From the NCBI RefSeq assembly GCF_009914755.1, contig NC_060929.1: a stretch of DNA of 64,000 nt. The stretch is one strand, 5' to 3'. Position numbers and translations under genes: made by a program. A model generated the notes under the pieces. It did not search any database, was not told the DNA's origin, and saw only the letters and a program-made list of their open reading frames with translations. Source of the stretch: the human T2T-CHM13v2.0 reference genome, Homo sapiens. Positions 49,722-64,000 of the stretch are shown here, piece after piece; within the stretch, counting starts at the first letter, position 1, and every line of letters starts with the position of its first letter.

Positions 49722-52139
49722 CTAGAAAGGAAAAAGCAATTACTGAGGCAATAATTTAAGGCATTTTTTTAAAAACAAGGAATAAATTCCAACCACTTGA
49801 CTCTCCTTTTTTCAACTTTCTCTCCCATCCCTCAAATATACTACTCTCTTGCTTTTTCAGCCCACTTTTCAATTTCTAAGTCATTGTTCCTAAATGGACT
49901 TCTAACATTAAGAACCCTCTTATACCAGACTCTGTCCTTCTGTCCTCAAACATTCAGACCTGGATTTCTCCTCACATATTGAAAATGCCGTTTTCAAAAA
50001 ACTATTAGCAGATTTTTTTTTTTTTTTTTTTTTTTTTTAGCCCTAAAAGAATCTTGAGGCCAGGTGTGGTGGCTCATGCCTGCAATCCCAGCACTTTGGG
50101 AGGCCGAAGCAGGTGGATCACTTGAGGTGAGGAGTTCAACACCAGCCTGGCCAACATGGTGAAACCCCATCTCTACTAAAAATATAAAAATTAGCCGAGA
50201 GTGACGGTGGGAGCCTGTAATCCCACCTACTCAGGAGGCTGAGGCAGGAGAATCGCTTGAACCTGGAAGACAGAGGTTGCAGTGAGCTGAGATCATGCCA
50301 CTCACTCCAGCCTGGAAGACAGGGAGACTGTATCTCAAAAAAAAAAAAAAGAATCTTGAGAAGAAGAAAAAAACATAGAACATAAATAGAAGACACGAAG
50401 CATTGTTTAGGTAGCTCAAACTGTCATTGTTTTCAAGTATTTTCTCCCAAACTATGAGGACACATCTGGTTCAAGACAGCAGACTGATCACTGGGCCTTT
50501 TATTTATTTATTTATTTTTTTTTTGGTCTTACACAAATCTATTAAAATGATGATTAAAAAGGAATAAGACCTAGAACGATGAAGGAAATTAGAGGTAGTC
50601 ACCACCAGCAAATAAGAGATTTAAACACATCTCTGCAAAGCAGAGTTAGAGAAGTTGTAAAGCACAAATTGGGGAAGGGGAAGGGATCCCCAAAACCTAA
50701 AGTAAATGCCACAGACACAAAAGAAGGAGCTGGGGCCACCCTGCAGAACCCTGAAAGAGCTTGAGGCTAGTTCCCACCAAACCATGTCGGTCAGAAAATA
50801 TCAGTGCCCTGCAGGCTAAAGAATTGCAGACAAGCAGAGTTTTTTCTCTTGTTAGAATGAGAAATACATTTAAGTACTACTTAAATCTGATTTTGAGTCA
50901 TAAAAAAATGGCTAAAATAATTCTGGTTTCTCTGAAAAAGGATTCCATTCATTTTGAGTTTCCAGAGGACCAAAGAGCAAAGGTTATTTTCATCAATCAT
51001 CTCAACTTACTGGCTACTTTCCAATTTGTTTAAATTTCAAAAACTCTCAAATCCCATGCTCACTTTCATAGAAAAGGTATCATTATCACACCTAAGTTCC
51101 CCTAAAATACCCTTTATAGCTGTTTTCTTTCTTCCTTCCAATCCAGGATCCAATCAAGGATCATGAACTCCAGCTCTCATGTCCAAGACCAGGTTTCAGG
51201 ATGTACAATTCTTCCCAGGGACTCCGGGTGTCTATATTGTCTGCACAAGTAGACTGTACTCTCTTTAAGGGCAAGGCTTTTGTTTTGTGCCTATGGGTAA
51301 AGGTTAACAAACCCCTGCCCCTAAGGCATGAGAATCTAACTTTAAGTTGAACTCTAGCACTGTTCTCCATGTCACCTGATAAGTGTCAGAGTGTCATCAA
51401 TGTTTCTTAGACAACCCGGCTTATGGTAAAAATGATCCCTGCCTGGTCACTTCCATCTGAACTGAGTATCTATGAGCTATTAATGGGAATGCCATGCTTT
51501 TTGGCCTTTCCTGAGTGCAGTGACACTTGTAACTGCATGTCCCTGTGGCCCCTGAAAGCTACAATTGTTACAAGAGATTTTGGTTTCTGTGGGGCATTAG
51601 GCTTTAAGCCAAGGTAACCCCACACCTCTCCAATGGGGCTCTCACTTTCTTGTACCTGTATGATTGTGACAAGAACACTGATTAAAGAGGAATACCTGAT
51701 GCCATCCTCCTGACAAGCTATGCTGCTGTCCTATATCCTTCTGAATACACAGAAGAACCATATGTGGCCTGGGGTCATCTTAGGAATCTGAAAATTTAGT
51801 TGAATTTACGAAGACCTCTTTGTAGCACTGCATCACCCTTAGTTAATTCCAGCAAAATTTAGCATCATTTTACTTATCTTCTATTACAAAAGCAAATAAC
51901 ATTTTCAGTGCTTTGAAGACCATCAACCAGCATATAAACTCTTACATGAACATTTCAAATTCTTCAACCATTTAAAGCAAAAAAAAAAAAAAAAAAAAGC
52001 TTAAAGCAAAACCAGTATCAAAATGAACAATATTTTAACCAGCTACTTCGTAACAATTAAGTCAGTTCACTACTTCCACATTAATTATTCTGCTGGGTTT
52101 TGTTTTGTTTTGTTTGTTTGTTTTTTAGGTTTATTTTTA

Positions 52140-53690
<1,551 letters not shown>

Positions 53691-54280
53691 CTAATCCTAC
53701 ATGGGAAGGCACCCTAACTCTATACATCCTCCAAATTCCAGAATGACAAATCAGTCACATTGCTTTTATGACTTAACCAGAGCTGCCAAATTCTCAAATA
53801 TAAGTAAAGCATTAATAATTTTTTAACCAAAAGATGCGATACATTTTAGTGTTAGATGAATCAGCAGATTAGTGTAATAATCAGTTTTGTTAACACTCTA
53901 TTAAGCAAAAGCAACAAAAGTATTAGCTAGATAGAAATCTATTCTCAAAACCACTAACTTGTTGAATAGTGAGAAAATATAGATCCTAAATTGCAAAATT
54001 TTCCTTTCCACTGAAGATGCTTTTATTTTCCAAGTGACAAAATAATGTCTGCAAGAGTTCAATCAATATGTCAATATCTGGCATGTTTCCAAAGAGTTAA
54101 ATTAAATGACATGGCACTGAAAGCACTCTGTATATAAAAATAATATTACAAGCAAAGGAGAAAGAGGTTATCCAAATTCCATGCTATGTGACTCTGACAT
54201 CAGATTAAAAAGTCAGGGCCTATCAATAACCCTTTCAATATTATTCCATACCCAGGAAAAAGAAAGCCACATGTACTTAC

Positions 54281-54325
54281 TTTGTGACAGCCACACTAAT
54301 GAGGGAAGTGGTTGGAGCTCCTTTC
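54281..54325 (-). CDS. ALDH7A1: ALDH7A1 exon 7 (45 nt), KGAPTTSLISVAVT
   Basis: Acceptor cttaag, donor gtaagt. Phase 2-2 fits both neighbours. Confidence 0.96.
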
Positions 54326-54840
54326 CTTAAGAAGGTTAAAACAAAAAAAGAAAAAGAAAAACTTATTTGACGGAAACCATAAATACCTTTTATTATCAAA
54401 CAGAAGCAAAAGTGTGAGAAAAAGCTCTGTCCAATTAGACAACTAACAAGTGAGTCTAGTAACTGAAACAGAAATCTGTCCTTCAGCTGGGTGTCTTTGA
54501 GACCTAAGGAACAACAAAACTTTCATGAACATAAAAATGGCACCAAGCAATTCTGAATCAGCTTGCTGCACTGATCGCAGGAATCACTACATTAACCTCA
54601 GCCAGTTATAGGAACTGAGTGAAGCAGAAATCTACCAACGTGCTGCATTAAGTAAACTTCCTTGGAAAACTCAGAGAGCTGAGGAAAACTACACAATGAA
54701 CCTTTTTAGATTAGAATGTTGGAAAACATGAGTTCCTTTCACAACATGGGGCAGAACCCTGAAAGAGCTCGGGGCTAGTTCCCACCAAACCATGTCGGTC
54801 AGAAAATATCAATGCCCTGCAGGCTAAAGAATTGTGGACA

Positions 54841-55140
<300 letters not shown>

Positions 55141-55492
55141 AAAGAATTGTGGACAAGCAGAGTTTTTTCTCTTGTTAAAGTAAGAAATACAGTTATTAGT
55201 CCTCCCAAATATGTCCTATTTTACAGTTAGTTTTTGAATACATTCAACTGAGTACCACACATTTAAAACAAATTAATAACTAGTGGAACAGATGCAAGCA
55301 AAATGAGCTAAAGACAATTGTCCTGATTTTCCTTATTTAATTTCTTCCACTGAACACAAAAGTAAAAAACAAGTAACTGTTTGCCATCTAAAATATAACA
55401 TTTTTACTATCAGATATTTTGCAGAGTTGAAAAATTTAAGACCTAAATGGAAACACTGACCAACTGCCTCAGAATTACTTGGGAGTTCACTA

Positions 55493-55813
<321 letters not shown>

Positions 55814-55939
55814 TTATTGAAGAAGCCAGGTGTGGTGATGCACACTTATAATCCCAGTTACTGAAGAGGCTGAGGTAGTAGTATCTAGAAATGGCTATTT
55901 TTATCACTCACTACTAAATAGGAAAGTGAGCAGGTCTTA

Positions 55940-56110
<171 letters not shown>

Positions 56111-56425
56111 TTAATTTAATGCCCATCAAGTTAATAAGAACAAACGTACAGCAGACTGGAGAAGATTCCAGATGCCTTATAGTGGGAAATTGCTACACAG
56201 CCATGGGATATCAGTACATTAACTAATGTACAACAAAAGTGGTTATTACCACACTACCTTGTAAATCATAATGATATTCATTATGCCTCTGATCTTCATA
56301 GGAACTCTGCATAGATCAGAGCAGTATCAGTGCACCTGGGAGACAAGGACACTTTCTAGAGTTGATGGGTGCCCTAGGTGGTATGATCACAAAGGGCAGA
56401 ACATGACCAGGGCACAGGGGCTTAG

Positions 56426-56773
<348 letters not shown>

Positions 56774-57044
56774 TGAATTCAAGACAAGGTGGCTCATTTA
56801 TTGGTGGAAGATGGGAAGGGGGAGTTCTAATAATTATATATATGTTGAATAAATGAATTATGCAGGCCGGGCGTGGTGGCTCACTCCTGTAATCCCAGCA
56901 CTTTGGGAGGCCAAGGCAGGTGGACTCCCGACTTGAGGTCGGGAGTTCAAGATCAGCCTGGCCAACATGGTGAAACCCTGTCTCTACTGAAAAAACAAAA
57001 ATTAGCCGGGCGTGGTGGCGGGTGCCTGTAATCCCAGCTACTCA

Positions 57045-57221
<177 letters not shown>

Positions 57222-57500
57222 TCAGCTAGGAGCAGTGGCTCATGCCTACAATGTCCAGCACTTTGGGATGCTGGGACGGGAGAATCACTTGAGCTCAGTT
57301 TGAGACTTGGATCAACATGGCAAGACCCCTGACTCTACAAAAAAAATTAAAAATTAGTTAGGTGTGATTGGTTATATGCCTGTAGTCCCAGCTACTTGGG
57401 AGGCTGAGGAGAACTGCTTGAGCCCAGGGTATTGAGGCTGAAGTGACCTGGGATTGCACCACTGCACTCCAGCCTGGACAACAGAGTAAGACCCTGTATC

Positions 57501-57531
<31 letters not shown>

Positions 57532-58629
57532 GAAAAAACAAACAAAAATATTGTATTTTAAATACAAACTTACAAACTTTAAAGTCACCCATAATCCTAC
57601 AAGGTGTTTATTTTAATTAAAGGCAGCTGGACAGTATAGAACCATACCACACGAATACGATGGTTCACAAATCCCAGTTAAAACCACAGACCAACTGGAA
57701 AGGTGGCTGTCCCAGCCATCAGTCTTTCTAGCCACACTCACACTGCTAGCTAGGATGAGGGACCATACCAGACACAGCACCTCACTCCTGGGCCCTCCTT
57801 AATCTGGGCACCTTAATCCCTAGAGATGAAGTGCTGGCACAGCCTCTTCCTGGCAGGGCCTGCCTCTTCCTGGCAGGGCCTGCCTCCTCCTCTCCAGCCC
57901 TCCCATCTCTGCCCTGATGTCACCCCCTTGCTTATAACCCTGTGGATTTTGGATACCTACTGTAGCTATTCTCAGAATAAAGTCCAATCTCCTTGTCAGA
58001 CAAAATCTCTTCCCGAGGTTCTCTTTCCACTCTATCTGCCCTACCACTGCACCCTCCAGCTGTGCTGAAGCAATGCAATCCTCCCAAATAAGCCAGACCC
58101 TCTCAGCCTTCACACAGGCTTCTTCCTTCTTTAAAACAACTTCCAGCACTCCACTCCTTCTCCTCTTTGTCCCATTTGGGACCTTACCTTGGCTAACCTT
58201 CTCTTGGAGGCCTTCCTGGACTGCACTCATGAGGCTGGGTTAGGGGATCCCAGCTATGTGCCCACCATCCTACCGTTTACTCCCTCATATTACTTACCAT
58301 GCTGGATTATGCTGGATATAATTACCTGTTTATTTATCTCCCACTCTAAGGTATAATTTATAAGCTTATAAATCCCTTGAGGACAGGGACTATGCCTTAT
58401 AGCTCGAGTATCACCTAGTAGACTACCCGGCACCTGATAGATGCTCCATAAGCATTTATTGAATTAATAAAGCCAAAGTTACCCCAAAGTCTCTACATAA
58501 ATGAGTAAACTGCTTTAAAAAAAAAAATAGAAGTGTAAGCTAGGTGTGGTGGCTCATGCCTACAATCCCAACACTTTGAGTGGCCAAGGCAGGAGGATTA
58601 TTTGAGCCAAGGAGTTCTAGACCAGCCTA

Positions 58630-58896
<267 letters not shown>

Positions 58897-58904
58897 TCAA
58901 ATAG

Positions 58905-59177
<273 letters not shown>

Positions 59178-59683
59178 TAAACTCCCGACCTTAAGTGATC
59201 CGCCCACCTCTGCCTCCCAAAGTGCTGGGATTACAGGCGTGAGCCACCACGGTGGGCCTATTAACTTTTCTTAGCTAGAAAAAAACTCTTGAAAGTGTTC
59301 AATGACATAAAATTAATATTGGATAATGGGAATCATTGCTAGATATCTAATTAAGGACATTAAGTGTCCTTAATTAGACTTAAAAAGACTCCCCCAACTC
59401 TTTCTACAAGTAGGGAATTTACTCAATATTCCAAGAAAAAGAGAAAAATATGATTTTTTAAAAAATATTATTTCCTTATTATAAATGTAACCTAATAACC
59501 ATCATGGAAATTTAGAAAATGCAGAAAAATAGAAGAAAATCCACTACTAGTAATTCTGCCACAGAGATAACCACTGCTACCACTTTAGCATACACTTCTA
59601 TCCCACCATTGCCAATGCAGACATACAGTCACCTGTTTTGCTCTATCCACATTGCAAACATCACAAATTGCTTACACTCTTAA

Positions 59684-59905
<222 letters not shown>

Positions 59906-60638
59906 TAACTCCCGACCTCAGGTGATCTGCCCACCTTGGCCTCCTGAAGTGCTGGGATTACAGGTGTGAGCCATCTTGTCCAGCTTTTTTTTTTTTCTTA
60001 CTCTTGCTGTCATCTTAGTATCTTCATTGTTAAAACCTCAGAGTATAAGATTGGTTCTTACAGAACAGCTTGTAATAGCAAAACACTGAAAACAGCCCTA
60101 CATATACATCATTTGGAAGCTGACTAAATAAATTATAGTCTCTTTATAACAAAATAGATAGCTGCAAACACAGATGAAGGAAGCCCCTTAATAGAATAAT
60201 ACGAAAACAATTTCCAGCCTGACACAGTGGCTCACGCCTGCAATCCTAACACTTTGGGAGGTTGAGACAGGCAGATCACCTGAGCCCCGGAGTTCGAGAC
60301 CAGCTGGGCAACACTGCAAAACCCCACCTCTACAAAAAAAAAAAAATAGCCAGGTATGGTGGCATGCACCTACAGTCCTAGCTGAGGTAGGAGGATCACC
60401 TGATCCCGGGGATGTTGAGGCTGCAGTGAACTGTGATCATGCCACTACATTCTGGCCTGGGCAAGACAGTAAAATCCTGTCTCAAAAAAAGAAAACAAAA
60501 AAACAATTTCCAAGATATATTATTGAATATAAAAGTATAAAACAGAACGTACAGTTTGCGGCCGGGCACAGTGGCTCACGCCTGTAATCCCAGCACTCTG
60601 GGAGGCCAAGGTGGGTGGATCATGAGGTGAGGAGTTCA

Positions 60639-60886
<248 letters not shown>

Positions 60887-61704
60887 CTAAAAAGATACAC
60901 AAGGGCCTAGGAAGGTGGCTCATGCCTATAATCCCAGCTACTCGGGAGGCTGAAGGGGAGGATCACTTGAGGAGAGAAGTTTGAGACCAGCCTGAACAAC
61001 ACAGCAAGATCCTACAAAATATAAAAAAGACACACAAGAAATTGAAAGCATTCACTACTTCCATGGGGTACTATGGCTTAGTCATGGGGGTAGGAGGGAA
61101 ACTTTTAATCCTTCAACCTTTTATTGCTTTCTTATTTTCTGATATGAATCTATCGTTTCTTCAAAAAAAATTAACATTAGTATAATTTAAAAATAAGTAA
61201 ATAAAATCCTCCCGTAAAAGTGTGGGTTAGGGGAAGACAACCTTCACAAACATTATTTTTAGTACATGCTAATAGTCTACCAAAATTGGCTTAGATTTTT
61301 TCCCCTTATGATTCGACATTTAGGTCATTTCTAATGTTTTTTATTGATGCCACAATGAACTTCTTTAAACATAACTTCTGTCTTATTTCAGATTATTTAC
61401 TTAGATTCTTAAAACTGGGCTCTTTAAAGTTAGAGCTCTTTGGGTATATTTCCAAATCGTTTTACAGATGAGTTAAAAGTGTCTTACCCGTGGACTTGCC
61501 AACATTAAGTTTTATCTTTAAAACAAAAAGGTTCTTGATCTAACATTTTCATCTGTTTTAATTTGCATTTCTTTGAAAGATTGAGGATATTTTCACATAT
61601 TTATGCCACTTGAAATTTCTCTTTTGCACAGTCAATAGCCAGAGTATTTTATTTTTTTTGGAGCTCTGTATATCAGAGTACAAAACTCAGCTTAACTAAT
61701 TTCA

Positions 61705-61836
<132 letters not shown>

Positions 61837-61996
61837 CTAGAAATATAAAACGACAAGCAGAATTTTTCCAACAGAATTCACATTATAAACATTAAATTAA
61901 AGAAAGGGGGAAGCAAAACATGTTTTGTAAATGTAATAAACTGAAGAAAGTCTGTTTCATTTTCCAAAGAATTTTAAAACACAACAATTGCCTTCA

Positions 61997-62486
<490 letters not shown>

Positions 62487-62760
62487 TTAGGAGTTCAAGA
62501 CCAGCCTGGCCAACATGATGAAACCCCATGTCTACTTTAAAAATACAAAAAATTAGCCAGCCGTGGTGGCACAAGCCTGTAATCCCAGCTACTCGGGAGG
62601 CTCAGGCAGGGGAATTGCTGGAACATGGGAGGCAGAGGCTGCAGTGAGCCAAGATTTTACCACTGCACTCCAGCCTGGGTGACAGCAAGACTCCATCTCA
62701 AAAAAAAAAAACCTCACAATTTTATATATAGAAAAGCATGACAGCCTTATTGTCCACTCA

Positions 62761-62874
<114 letters not shown>

Positions 62875-63260
62875 CTAAGAAAAGAATGCAATTTTTGTGT
62901 CTGATTCAAAGCATAAATTCATGTTTATAACACAGTATTGGATGTGTGCTGTAAAAGAACAAATTACAATCATATCAAAGAAGACTTTTGATCACATCAA
63001 AACTGTGATATGGCCAGGCACTGGAGCCAAAATAAGAAGCAAGGCATTCATGGAGCAAATATCTACTGGAAGGCACAGAGGAGAAGAAAAGGCAACAAAT
63101 AATTACAAATTGCCAACAAATAATTACAAATTGCCATCAGGGTTTTAAAGACAAAGGAAATAAAAAGGAAGCTGAGACAGAGAAAAACAGCAAGATTGGA
63201 GGGGAAATGGGTAAGTTACTTTACCTAAAAGGATGGCAGGAGGCTGGGCGTGGTGGCTCA

Positions 63261-63760
<500 letters not shown>

Positions 63761-64000
63761 TCACATAAAGTTTGAGATGTGATTTATGAATGAGACACAA
63801 TTTCTCCAACTGTGACCATCACTCCCTCTCTCCCATCAAGTTCTTCCCAATTCTGCCTCTCCTTCAAAGTACAGCTAAGGCTGGGCGCGGTGGCTCACGT
63901 CTATAATCCCAGCACTTGAGAAGCTGAGGCAGGTGGATCACTTGGGGTCAGGAGTTCAAGACGAGCCTGGCCAACATGGTGAAACCCCATCTTTACTAAA

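Overview
Primate, almost certainly human, genomic DNA that is very rich in Alu elements (roughly 70-80 copies by eye). The minus strand carries 15 coding exons of ALDH7A1 (antiquitin, alpha-aminoadipic semialdehyde dehydrogenase), exons 4-18 in the usual numbering. All have canonical AG/GT boundaries and splice into an uninterrupted 1308-nt frame, from [10 protein letters not shown]... to ...PLAQGIKFQ*. Exons 1-3 lie beyond the right edge. The 3' UTR has proximal (~23.65-23.75 kb) and distal (~20.73 kb) AATAAA signals. The left ~20 kb is downstream flank holding a 5'-truncated L1PA2/3, solo LTRs (MER61, MER34, LTR12F, MER50, MST), old LINEs and SINEs. Repeat family names were assigned from remembered consensus sequences, not from a search. 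I found no evidence for a new gene system. The most interesting signals are these: an exon-like cassette between inverted Alus in the long 3' UTR; a latent 36-nt Alu pseudoexon; a 126-bp non-Alu duplication bracketing exon 7; a 3'-truncated LTR12 promoter pointing antisense at the gene; a near-zero-spacer inverted Alu pair; and several palindromic or templated micro-duplications.
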